From contig CALKKS010000006.1 in NCBI GenBank assembly GCA_937995345.1, positions 22,003 through 86,002 of the forward strand: a DNA stretch of 64,000 bases, read 5' to 3'. Positions 29,271-38,168 of the stretch are shown piece by piece. The position numbers and the translations under genes are program-made. The DNA is from an uncultured Collinsella sp. Its GTDB lineage: Bacteria; Actinomycetota; Coriobacteriia; Coriobacteriales; Coriobacteriaceae. Under the pieces are notes generated by a model that had not been told where the DNA came from, ran no database searches, and worked only from the letters and a program-made list of their open reading frames with translations. Numbering within the stretch: the first letter of the stretch is position 1; each line of letters begins with the position of its first letter.

Positions 29271-30386
29271 TTACATTCCGTAACACTCAGCCGCTTTGGC
29301 CTTAAGCGCATTGACTGACTCTTCGTAGCCCTCTGCCTTGACCTCCATTTGCTTGGAGACGGCATCGAGATACGGGTGTACGTCCCATGACTTCAGACGC
29401 TCGGCAATCATTGCCGCAATCGTCTGGAAGAACACAAGGTTGGGAATTGCGCTGAGCAGCGGAGCCACCTGAGGCACCGCAACCTCGTGAGCCTTACCCC
29501 TGGGATGGGCCGTGAGCAGTACCGTTTTTGTCGTAACGTTCGATAGCGCATCGGCGATATTCGCAAGACGCTCCGACCCCTGCGGATCGTCGACGATAAA
29601 CACTAGGTAGCCTGGGGTTATCTGCATTTCGGGGCCGTGAACAAACTCCTCGCCCTCGTAATGCATCGCTGGAATCTTGATGGTCTCGCTCAGCTTGAGC
29701 GCCGCCTCCTCGGCCACACCATAATTGGGTCCATTGCCGACAACCATTGCCGGCACATGTTCCGATAGCTCAAGCAGATGATCTTGAACATACGACTCGG
29801 CCGTTTTGCACATGGCGGCGTTTGCCCGAATGGCTTCATCCAGATCGTCCAAGCGCTGGACAACCTCATCGGGGTCACATGTTCCCAGAGCCTGTCCGCC
29901 GTAAATGCCAAAGAGAACCAGATATTCGACAAGCGTTTGGACGCCCAGGGTTACAAAGTCCACCGATTCAACGCCCACACCGTAATCAAGCACGATATCG
30001 GCGTGCGCCTTTACGGGGGCCTCAATATTAGACGTCAACGCGACCGCGTCCATGCCCTGCGAGCGCATAAAATCGAGCGCAGCAAGGGTGTTGGTTGAAT
30101 ACCCACTTTGCGAGATGGCGATTGTCAGCGCATCGTGCGGATATGTATGCTCAAAGTCGACAAAGGCCTCGGGCGTCACGACTGACACCTGCATGCACAG
30201 AACATCCTGCAGGTAGTCGCGAACACAATCGGCAGCGTGACGCGAAGAGCCCGAAGCGACAATACGCACCGCACGATACGGTTTAGACGCAAAGATATCA
30301 ACGAGTGGCTTTACGAGCTCGGATGAATGCTCAAGATTCTCCCCCATACGCGTATGAGCAAGCCGAACATAGTCGAGCATTTTCAT
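29271..30386 (-). CDS. SIS-domain protein (AgaS/GlmS-isomerase-like), locus C, copy 2
   Basis: Two SIS-like halves (VASGSSRHAA...; ISQSGYSTNT). The ATG at 30386 follows GAGGTGAGG. Confidence 0.7.
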   Translation of the reverse strand: MKMLDYVRLAHTRMGENLEHSSELVKPLVDIFASKPYRAVRIVASGSSRHAADCVRDYLQDVLCMQVSVVTPEAFVDFEHTYPHDALTIAISQSGYSTNTLAALDFMRSQGMDAVALTSNIEAPVKAHADIVLDYGVGVESVDFVTLGVQTLVEYLVLFGIYGGQALGTCDPDEVVQRLDDLDEAIRANAAMCKTAESYVQDHLLELSEHVPAMVVGNGPNYGVAEEAALKLSETIKIPAMHYEGEEFVHGPEMQITPGYLVFIVDDPQGSERLANIADALSNVTTKTVLLTAHPRGKAHEVAVPQVAPLLSAIPNLVFFQTIAAMIAERLKSWDVHPYLDAVSKQMEVKAEGYEESVNALKAKAAECYGM

Positions 30387-30414
30387 GACCTCACCTCGTA
30401 ACATTTCATGGCCA

Positions 30415-30461
30415 TTTAATACCAATCGATGGTTACAGGTTACGTTCTTTTGATACCTATT
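30415..30461 (-). promoter_or_regulatory. putative operator region of locus C
   Basis: Has TTGGTATTAAA-like and AATAGGTATCAA-like sites on the minus strand. The half-sites are related to those of loci A and B but are arranged differently. Confidence 0.35.
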
Positions 30462-30580
30462 TGCTCACCAAGTTTTTAGCTTCGGCGAACGGTCGATTTT
30501 GAACCTTGTATGGTTGTGTATGCAAGGTGTCGTTTATCCCTAATTCCGCACGGAGCTTAAGCCCTTATGCAATCTGCCGA

Positions 30581-31294
30581 CTAGTACGTATAGGTGTAGC
30601 CACCCGCGTCGCCACGGTTAAAGGACTTAACGTACTCGATGGCCTGACCGCTCGCATCGTAGCTCACGCATTCCAGAAGCAGTGCAAGGTCCCCTTCCTC
30701 GAGTCCAAGCAGGCCGGCATCGCGCGCACCCAGCGCCTCGATGCCAAGTTTCTCCTGTGCCGTAACTGGCTTTCGACCCAGCATCTCATACGTTTCGTAC
30801 AGGCTGAATACCGACACGTCGATATCCTCAATCGCGGGGAACAACAGGCATGGGATAAACGCCATCTCGATTGCAACGGGATCGCCATTGATGCAGTTAA
30901 GACGACGAATGGAGTACAGCAGATCGTCCTCGGCAATTCCAAACAGATCCGCATAATAAGGACCCGCATAGCGCTTTGAGCGCGCGAGGATGCGGACAGA
31001 CGGCTCACCGCCCGAAGCGCGGACCGACTCGCGGAAGCCACCTTGCTTTTCATAGAATTCGGGCACCTTCTGTGCTACAAATGCACCTTTTCCGCGAACA
31101 CGACGAATCTGTCCACGCCGAACGAGCTCGTCAACGGCGCTACGGATGGTCAGCCGCGTCGTGCCAAACTCCTCAGCCAGCTCATTTTCAGACGGAATCA
31201 TCGACCCCGTGGGATACACGCCGCGCTCGATGCGTTCTTCGATATGTCGACGAATACGCATGTAAACAGGGGTATTGTCTACTGTCTCAGCCAT
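30581..31294 (-). CDS. GntR/HutC-family regulator with a UTRA effector domain
   Basis: Contains PSENELAEEFGTTRLTIRSAVDELVRRGQIRRVRGKGAFV, a winged HTH. Confidence 0.85.
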   Translation of the reverse strand: MAETVDNTPVYMRIRRHIEERIERGVYPTGSMIPSENELAEEFGTTRLTIRSAVDELVRRGQIRRVRGKGAFVAQKVPEFYEKQGGFRESVRASGGEPSVRILARSKRYAGPYYADLFGIAEDDLLYSIRRLNCINGDPVAIEMAFIPCLLFPAIEDIDVSVFSLYETYEMLGRKPVTAQEKLGIEALGARDAGLLGLEEGDLALLLECVSYDASGQAIEYVKSFNRGDAGGYTYTY

Positions 31295-32046
31295 TGTTCA
31301 CCCACCAGATTCTCGACGTCGTCCGCCTCGCCGTTATCGGCAAAGCGATATTTCGTGGGCAGGATCACCGATTTACAATGCTCCACAAAACGCATGTCCT
31401 CATCGAACTCAAGCGAGCTCTGATAGAAAACCGGCGTCCCTTCGTCCTGCTGAAGCAGCTCAGCCTCTTCGGCATTAAGACGCGAAATCGAAATATGTTC
31501 ACACCCATGCTCCACACGCACGCCGCCCTCTTGGAGCAAAACATCGTACAGGCTTTCTTGCGTATAGTCGTGCTCGGGAAGTGTTGGGCACAAAGACAGA
31601 TTGACGCGGGCGGTTTCGATTGAAGCCGGCTCGCCCTCGATAAGACGAACGCGCCGCATGCGATACACGGGATCGCCCGGCATCAGACCAAATTTTTTGG
31701 CAGTAGCCTCGTCCGCCTCGATAACCTCGGCAGAAATCAACCGGGAAGACGGGTGCAGGCCAACCGACAGAACGGCATCGGAAAAGTTATACGTTTCTTG
31801 AAAGATATTGAGCGGCTTGGGAGGACACACATACGTACCCGATCCGCGACGGCTCTCGAGTGTTCCACACGAGATGAGCCGCGTGATGGCAGCACGCAAC
31901 GCCGTACGCGAAACACCAATCACTTCGCACAGCACACGCTCAGCCGGCAGGCGATCGCCGCCGGCAAGCTGATGGTGCTGGATATACCAAAGAATTCCCT
32001 CAACAGCACGATCTTTGGGGGGAATTGCATAAGATTCGCCTGCCAT
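31279..32046 (-). CDS. GntR/HutC-family regulator with a UTRA effector domain
   Basis: Contains LPAERVLCEVIGVSRTALRAAITRLISCGTLESRRGSGTYV. It overlaps the downstream GntR gene by 16 nt. Confidence 0.85.
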   Translation of the reverse strand: MAGESYAIPPKDRAVEGILWYIQHHQLAGGDRLPAERVLCEVIGVSRTALRAAITRLISCGTLESRRGSGTYVCPPKPLNIFQETYNFSDAVLSVGLHPSSRLISAEVIEADEATAKKFGLMPGDPVYRMRRVRLIEGEPASIETARVNLSLCPTLPEHDYTQESLYDVLLQEGGVRVEHGCEHISISRLNAEEAELLQQDEGTPVFYQSSLEFDEDMRFVEHCKSVILPTKYRFADNGEADDVENLVGEQWLRQ

Positions 32047-32084
32047 TGCACAGACTCCTCATTCAAAAATGTATGTCACCGGAA

Positions 32085-32573
32085 TTAGGCCAGCCCTCCC
32101 ATGGCATCAAATTCGGCCTTGATCTTCTCGGCGACATTCCGATACGACTTATATAGGCTTGAATCGCGTTTGACTTCGTCGGTCATAACGGGAATCTCTA
32201 ATTTGGAAACCTCGTCTTTTCCCGTCTGAACCGCCACAATAACGCCCATACCAAGACACATATTACGCTTTGCCGCATTTATTTTCGCCGCCTTGGCAGG
32301 ATTTGCCAGAATACGCTGGGCAAATTCCTGTTTCGAGGCCACTTCTTCGGCCTCCGGATCGCCCGCCTCGGCCACTTCGCACTGCAGCACGTCCGCATAG
32401 TCAAAAATCTTCGGCTCGCCGCCGCGCTGATGCACGGCCCACTTGCGGCGCGTGGCATCCTGGTAGATAGCCGGCAAAAACGTAAACCGCGGCGGGTCCA
32501 AAATCGTATCCGTGATGGTAAACACATCGGGATCAAAGGCATCCTGCGGGTTTTTCTTCTTGAACAGCCCCAT
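32085..32573 (-). CDS. hypothetical protein
   Basis: The ATG at 32573 (MGLFKKKNP...) follows GGGAGG. I cannot name a domain with confidence. Confidence 0.5.
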   Translation of the reverse strand: MGLFKKKNPQDAFDPDVFTITDTILDPPRFTFLPAIYQDATRRKWAVHQRGGEPKIFDYADVLQCEVAEAGDPEAEEVASKQEFAQRILANPAKAAKINAAKRNMCLGMGVIVAVQTGKDEVSKLEIPVMTDEVKRDSSLYKSYRNVAEKIKAEFDAMGGLA

Positions 32574-32694
32574 ATCAGCCTCCCGTACTAGCATTAAACA
32601 ACTCAAGCTGAATATAGCACCAATTTCAAGCCGCCGCCCTGCCCTATCGGCACACGGCGTCTATAGCCCGCTTAGCGGAAGAGTTCACGGACGA

Positions 32695-32767
32695 GGGCCG
32701 GGGTGCCTGCTTTGTTTTGAGAAGTGGGCTCCGCGAACTTCTCAAAACAAAGCAGGCACCCCGGCCC
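32695..32767. repeat. long perfect hairpin, family D, copy 1
   Basis: 31-bp perfect stem (32695-32725 pairs with 32737-32767) and an 11-nt loop, gggctccgcga. Confidence 0.9.
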
Positions 32768-32878
32768 CGGCAATGTAATCTTGGCTGACCATAGGTAGAT
32801 GCACGGTTTCCTAGGCAGCGTCAGCCATGTCCCCATTCTATAAAAAAGAATCAGCCCCGCATATCGAAACGGTCGAGA

Positions 32879-32961
32879 GGGCCGCCTCCGGGCGGGTGCC
32901 TTCCTCTGAGAAGTTCGCGAAGCCCACTTCTCATAGGAAGGCACCCGCCCGGAGGCGGCCC
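32879..32961. repeat. long hairpin, family D, copy 2 (core inverted); probably also the xfp terminator
   Basis: The stem is 27 bp plus 8 bp with one mismatch. The loop tcgcgaagccc is the reverse complement of the copy 1 loop with 1 mismatch. It starts 23 nt after the xfp stop. Confidence 0.85.
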
Positions 32962-32983
32962 CAGCGCGAGACCGTCCCGGATG

Positions 32984-35512
32984 CTATTCGTTATCGCCCG
33001 CGGTCATCTGCGTTGCGGAGAGCGCGCCGTCGGCAGCAGTCGCGGCTGCGGCTTCGGGCCAGACCCAGTCGGTAAAGACCGGGTGATCGAAGCCCTCGTC
33101 GCACGCGAACTCAAAGGCCTCGGTGCGGAAGGCCTCCCACTCATCAATCTGCTCGGCAAACTTATCGGCGTCGACCATACGCAACACGTCGGCGGCCAGG
33201 GCCCAGCGGTCCATGTTGTTCAAGCGCAGCATGTCGAACGGCGTGGTCGTGGAGCCCTTCTCCTCGTAGCCATGGACGCGGAAGGCATCGTGGCCGGGGC
33301 GGTTCCAGATCAGGCGGCGAATCGTGCCAGCATAGGCGTGGAACGCGAAGAGGACGGGCTTCTCGCCACGGCCGAACAGCTCAGCCCAGCGCTCATCGCT
33401 GATGGCCTGGTCGTTCTCGCAGACGTTCTGGATCTTGAGCAGGTCGACCACGTTGACGAACCATACCTTGATACCTAGCTCGCGCAGCATGTCGGTTGCA
33501 GCCAGAGCCTCGAGCGTCGGCACGTCACCACAGGTGGCGACCACGACGTCGGCCTCGGCGAGCGTATCGGCGGTCGATGCCCATTCCCAGGTCGCAACGC
33601 CCTCGGCGAGCTCCGCCTTGGCCTCGTCGACCGTCTGGAAGGTCGGAGCAGGCTGCTTGCCACAGAAGATGGCGTTGACGCAGTCGGTAGACTGGTAGAC
33701 GCGCTCGGCCACGGCAAGCGCCATGTTGGCGTCGGCCGGATAGTAGGCATTCACGATATGCGTGTCGTTTGCCTTGTTGAGCAGCAGGTCGATAAAGCCA
33801 GGGTCCTGGTGCGAAAAGCCGTTGTGGTCCTGGCGCCAGACATGGCTCGACAGCAAAATGTTGAGACCGCTAATGGGAGCACGCCACGGAATCTCGCGCT
33901 TGGTGGCCTCGAGCCATTTGCAGTGCTGGTTGACCATGGAATCGACCACGTGGACAAAACTCTCGTAGGAGCTCCACACGCCGGAGCGGCCGGTGAGCAC
34001 ATAGGCCTCGAGGAAGCCCTCGCACTGGTGCTCGGACAGCTGCTCAACAACCTTACCGGAGCCTGCCAGCAGCTCGTCGTTGGCCTCGTCCTCGTAGAAG
34101 CCGGCGTCCCACTGCTTCTTAGTCACCTTGTAGGCAGCCTGCAGGCGGTTGGAAGCGGTCTCGTCGGGACCAAAGATGCGGAAGTCGTCCATGTTATTGG
34201 CCAGGACGTCGGCGGTGTACTCACCAAAGACGCGGGCGGCCTCGGTGGAGCCCCAGCCATGACCATTAGTTGCGATGGGGACCTCGTGGGCATGAATATC
34301 GGGCAGCTCGAGCTCGCGGCGCACCTTGCCGCCGTTCGCGTTGGGGTTGGCGCCGATGCGCAGCTCGCCGGTCGGCATAAAGGCCGTCACCTCGGGGCGC
34401 ACCTGACCCTCGGGCGTAAAGAGCTCCTCGGGCTTGTAGGAGCGCAGCCACTCGCGCAGCACGCGGAAGTGCTCGTGGGTGTCTTTGGCGCTCGCGAGCG
34501 GCACCTGATGGGCGCGCCAGGAGTCCTCGGTCTTCTTGCCGTCAATCTGCTTGGGGCAGGTCCAACCTTTGGGCGTACGGAACACGATCATGGGATAGGC
34601 CGGGCGGACCACGGTCTCGCCCGCAGCAGCTTGGGCCTGTGCGGCGGCCTTGATGTCGCAGATCTCGTCAAAGACCTGCTCGAACAGGGCGGCGAAACGC
34701 TCGTGAATGCTCGCATGGCTCTCGTCGTCAAAGCCGGCGACAAAGAAGTGCGGTTTATAGCCCATGCCCTCAAAGAACTTGGTGAGCTCTTCGTCGGACA
34801 CGCGGGCGAGGATGGTGGGGTTGGCGATCTTGTAGCCGTTGAGGTGCAGGATCGGCAGAACGATACCGTCGGTTGCCGGATTCACGAGCTTGTTGGACTG
34901 CCAAGAGGTCGCGAGCGGACCGGTCTCGGACTCGCCGTCGCCCACCACGGCCACGGCCAGCAGGCTCGGGTTGTCCATGACGGCGCCGTAGGCGTGGCTG
35001 AGCGTGTAGCCGAGCTCGCCGCCCTCGTGGATGGAACCGGGCGTCTCGGGCGCAAAGTGACTCGGGATGCCGCCGGGATAGGAGAACTGGCGGAAGAACT
35101 TCTGTAGGCCGGCCTCGTCATTGGTGATGTCGGGGCGAATCTCGCGGTAAGTACCGTCGAGCAGCGACTGAGCAGTACCGGCGGGGCCACCGTGACCAGG
35201 GCCCATCAAGAAGATAGCATTCTGGTTGTGATCGGCGATGAGGCGGTTGACATGACCGAACAGGAAGTTGATGCCGGGCGTGGTGCCCCAGTGACCGACC
35301 AGGCGGTGCTTAACGTCCGGGCGACCAAAGTCGCGCACCTCACCGGTTTTCTCGTCGACAAAGTCGGTGCGCATCAGCGGGTTGGAGCGAAGGTAGATCT
35401 GGCCGACGGACAGGTAGTTCGATGCGCGCCAATACAGATCGACACCATCGAGCTCGGAAGCCGGCACCTCGTGTCTCAGCTTTTGCCATGGCGTTCCCAG
35501 AGTTTTAGCCAT
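32984..35512 (-). CDS. xfp: xylulose-5-phosphate/fructose-6-phosphate phosphoketolase
   Basis: 842 aa with [15 protein letters not shown]...GHWGT.PG...EGGELGY; canonical. Confidence 0.95.
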   Translation of the reverse strand: MAKTLGTPWQKLRHEVPASELDGVDLYWRASNYLSVGQIYLRSNPLMRTDFVDEKTGEVRDFGRPDVKHRLVGHWGTTPGINFLFGHVNRLIADHNQNAIFLMGPGHGGPAGTAQSLLDGTYREIRPDITNDEAGLQKFFRQFSYPGGIPSHFAPETPGSIHEGGELGYTLSHAYGAVMDNPSLLAVAVVGDGESETGPLATSWQSNKLVNPATDGIVLPILHLNGYKIANPTILARVSDEELTKFFEGMGYKPHFFVAGFDDESHASIHERFAALFEQVFDEICDIKAAAQAQAAAGETVVRPAYPMIVFRTPKGWTCPKQIDGKKTEDSWRAHQVPLASAKDTHEHFRVLREWLRSYKPEELFTPEGQVRPEVTAFMPTGELRIGANPNANGGKVRRELELPDIHAHEVPIATNGHGWGSTEAARVFGEYTADVLANNMDDFRIFGPDETASNRLQAAYKVTKKQWDAGFYEDEANDELLAGSGKVVEQLSEHQCEGFLEAYVLTGRSGVWSSYESFVHVVDSMVNQHCKWLEATKREIPWRAPISGLNILLSSHVWRQDHNGFSHQDPGFIDLLLNKANDTHIVNAYYPADANMALAVAERVYQSTDCVNAIFCGKQPAPTFQTVDEAKAELAEGVATWEWASTADTLAEADVVVATCGDVPTLEALAATDMLRELGIKVWFVNVVDLLKIQNVCENDQAISDERWAELFGRGEKPVLFAFHAYAGTIRRLIWNRPGHDAFRVHGYEEKGSTTTPFDMLRLNNMDRWALAADVLRMVDADKFAEQIDEWEAFRTEAFEFACDEGFDHPVFTDWVWPEAAAATAADGALSATQMTAGDNE

Positions 35513-35578
35513 TGTTTATGTCCCTTCGCTGCATGGTCACCCTCCGATATGGCGACCTTTCGTTGGGACAAGTATATT

Positions 35579-35617
35579 TGCTAAAACGTTTTATCAGTAT
35601 GAAAAAACGTTTTATCA
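35579..35617 (-). promoter_or_regulatory. two tandem LacI-type operators upstream of xfp
   Basis: TGCTAAAACGTTTTATCA (35579-35596) and TGAAAAAACGTTTTATCA (35600-35617). Both are near-palindromes around AAAACGTTTT with centres 21 bp apart. They lie 67-105 nt upstream of the xfp ATG. Confidence 0.6.
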
Positions 35618-35715
35618 TTCCGGTTCGCCATTAACCTGACAAGACCAGACATTTACCTGCGACATTATTTGTCACAAGTTCTTCATATTCCTGATATGCA
35701 AATCGACAAACGCGT

Positions 35716-36744
35716 TTAGTTGTGTTTTGTAACCTTGAGCACGCTGTCCTTCACGATGAGCACGGGCTCCAGGACGACTTCATCGGCGCGCTTGCCGCCC
35801 TTACCGGCCAAGCGTTTTGCCATACAGCTAAAGGCATGCTCGGCCAGCACGCTCGGATCTTGCTCGATCGCGGTCAGTGCCGGCTCAAACAGCACATCAG
35901 CAGCCGAGTTGTCGTAGCTCACCACCGAGATGTCACCCGGAATGCTCTTCCCCATCTCATGCAGGCGCTTGAGCAAACCGAGGGCAATGTTATCCGAGCT
36001 TGCGAACACGGCGGTGGCGTCAGTTGCGAGCACCGCCTCCGAGGCCTCGTAGGCACTCGAAATGTAGTACTCGCTCTCAAACTCCAAACGCGCGTCGATC
36101 GGCAGGCCAACCTCGCGCAGCGCGCGCTCATAGCCGGCAAGTCGCTTGCGGCCCGTATTGGAACGACGCGCGTTAACCAAGCAGGCAATGCGACGGTGGC
36201 CTTGCTCGATCAAGTAGCGGGTAGCCATGTAGCCACCCATCTCGTGGTCGAACATCACCTTGTCGCACTCGAGCCCCTCAATGGCACGGTCGACCATTAC
36301 GGCCGGGATAGGCAGATGGCTGACCTCTTCGCGCAGGGCGCGGTCGTCAGAGAACTCGTCGCCTACCACCAAAAAGACGCCATCGACGCCGCGCGTCACC
36401 AGCTGGCGCAGGAGCTCCAGATCGTCCTCGGCGCTTCCACCCGAACTGGTAATAAAGAGCGCGTAGCCGTCCTCGCGGCAGCGCTTTTCCAGACTGCCGG
36501 CGAGCGAGGCAAAAAAGCGGCTCTCGATGTTGGGAACGATAAGGCCCAGCGTGCGCGACTCACGCATGACCAGGCTGCGCGCAATCTGGTTAGGAACATA
36601 GTGGTTGCGCGCCGCGACCTCTTTGATGCGCTTGCGGTTTTCTTCCGAGATACGACAAGGCCGATTGTTGAGAACAAGCGAGACCGACGAGGGGGAAAGC
36701 CCCACCTCCTGGGCAATCTGCTTGAGAGTAACTTTGTTGCCCAT
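35716..36744 (-). CDS. LacI-family transcriptional regulator
   Basis: MGNKVTLKQIAQEVGLSPSSVSLVLNN is an HTH, followed by a periplasmic-binding-protein-like fold. The ATG at 36744 follows GGAAGGAG. Confidence 0.88.
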   Translation of the reverse strand: MGNKVTLKQIAQEVGLSPSSVSLVLNNRPCRISEENRKRIKEVAARNHYVPNQIARSLVMRESRTLGLIVPNIESRFFASLAGSLEKRCREDGYALFITSSGGSAEDDLELLRQLVTRGVDGVFLVVGDEFSDDRALREEVSHLPIPAVMVDRAIEGLECDKVMFDHEMGGYMATRYLIEQGHRRIACLVNARRSNTGRKRLAGYERALREVGLPIDARLEFESEYYISSAYEASEAVLATDATAVFASSDNIALGLLKRLHEMGKSIPGDISVVSYDNSAADVLFEPALTAIEQDPSVLAEHAFSCMAKRLAGKGGKRADEVVLEPVLIVKDSVLKVTKHN

Positions 36745-36984
36745 CTCGCTCCTTCCGAGTATTCGCGCAATCTCTTGAAAGTATAGCGACCGTCCCTCTA
36801 CCTCGTTGATAAACACTTTACCAATCCGGTGGACGGCTGTTTTATCGCCGCGATTGGTGTAAAGTAACCTGACCCCTTTGCACTATGTGATGCATTGGGG
36901 TCAGGTTACTTTGCACCAAATCCATCCGGGTGGGGTATATTGCATTCGATTGATGAAAACGACCACCATAAGGCGGATATTCGT

Positions 36985-37947
36985 ATGCACGAGAATGACT
37001 TTTTTAACGAGGACCTGCTCTGCGCGCTCGCTGGCGTTGCCGGCGAGGACAACGTGCTCATGAGCGAGCCCATGCGCGAGCACACCACGTTTAAGATCGG
37101 CGGCCCGGCCGATGTCTTTGTCACGCCCGATACCGAGCAGGGCCTCGTCGCCACGCTCGACACCTGCTACCGCTGCGACCTGCCGCTCACCATCGTGGGC
37201 AACGGCTCCGACCTGCTCGTCGGCGACAAGGGTATCCGCGGCGTTGTTGTAGCGCTGGGCGAGGGCCTCTCTAACATCACCGTCGACGGCACACATGTTA
37301 CGGCAGCAGCCGGCGCGCTGCTCTCGGACGTAGCGGCAGCGGCAGCCGAGGCCGGTCTCACCGGCATGGAGCCCATCTCGGGCATTCCCGGATCGGTCGG
37401 CGGCGCCTGCTACATGAACGCCGGTGCCTACGGCGCCTGCATGGCCGATGTTTTGGAGTCCGTGCGCGTCTATAAGCCCGCCCGCGTGCTCGACGACGGA
37501 ACCCGCGGTAGCGGCAATATCATTGAGTTTGATGTCGACGAGCTTAACCTGGGCTATCGCAAGAGCCGCATCGCCGACGACGGCTTTATCGTGCTTTCGG
37601 CCACCTTCAATCTCGCCCCGGGCAACGCCGCGATGATCAAGGCCGACATGGACGGCTACCGCCAGCGCCGCGAGGACAAGCAGCCGCTCGACATGCCGAG
37701 CGCCGGCTCCACCTTCAAGCGCCCCGAGGGCTACTTTGCCGGCAAACTCATCATGGATGCCGGTCTGCGCGGCCACGCCGTCGGCGGCGCCCAGGTGAGC
37801 GAAAAACACTGCGGCTTCATCGTCAACGCCGACCACGCCACCGCCGCCGACGTCGACGAACTCATCCGCGACATCCAAGCCAAAGTCAAAGAGCAGTTCG
37901 ACGTAGACCTAGAACCCGAAGTCCACCGAGTAGGCGAATTCCTATAA
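36985..37947 (+). CDS. murB: UDP-N-acetylenolpyruvoylglucosamine reductase
   Basis: Contains HTTFKIGGPADVFV...GNGSDLLV...GSVGGA..MNAGAYG...SGS.FK.P; canonical MurB. The ATG is at 36985. Confidence 0.9.
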   Translation: MHENDFFNEDLLCALAGVAGEDNVLMSEPMREHTTFKIGGPADVFVTPDTEQGLVATLDTCYRCDLPLTIVGNGSDLLVGDKGIRGVVVALGEGLSNITVDGTHVTAAAGALLSDVAAAAAEAGLTGMEPISGIPGSVGGACYMNAGAYGACMADVLESVRVYKPARVLDDGTRGSGNIIEFDVDELNLGYRKSRIADDGFIVLSATFNLAPGNAAMIKADMDGYRQRREDKQPLDMPSAGSTFKRPEGYFAGKLIMDAGLRGHAVGGAQVSEKHCGFIVNADHATAADVDELIRDIQAKVKEQFDVDLEPEVHRVGEFL

Positions 37948-37950
37948 AAA

Positions 37951-37971
37951 GAAGGCCCCGAAAGGGGCCTT
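37951..37971. terminator. bidirectional hairpin terminator
   Basis: gaaggcccc-gaa-aggggccttc with an A-run upstream. On the minus strand that run reads as a U-tract. Confidence 0.6.
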
Positions 37972-38024
37972 CGCCATCTTTATATCAGACAACCAGTCCG
38001 GTGAGTCGCGCTCAGGACCCGAGA

Positions 38025-38160
38025 GGGCCGCGTGCCCGCCCGCAATATATTTGATTGATCGCGAGTTCCGCACGCAAAGAAGGCCACTTAATGTGGCCTT
38101 CGTCTTGCGCAGGACTGCCCGAGCAGGCAATCAAATATATTGCGGGCGGGCACGCGGCCC
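38025..38160 (+). repeat. nested hairpin element, family A, copy 1
   Basis: Perfect 32-bp outer arms (38025-38056 and 38129-38160). They enclose a 72-nt conserved core with the inner hairpin gaaggccac-TTAAT-gtggccttc. Confidence 0.9.
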
Positions 38161-38168
38161 AACTTGCG

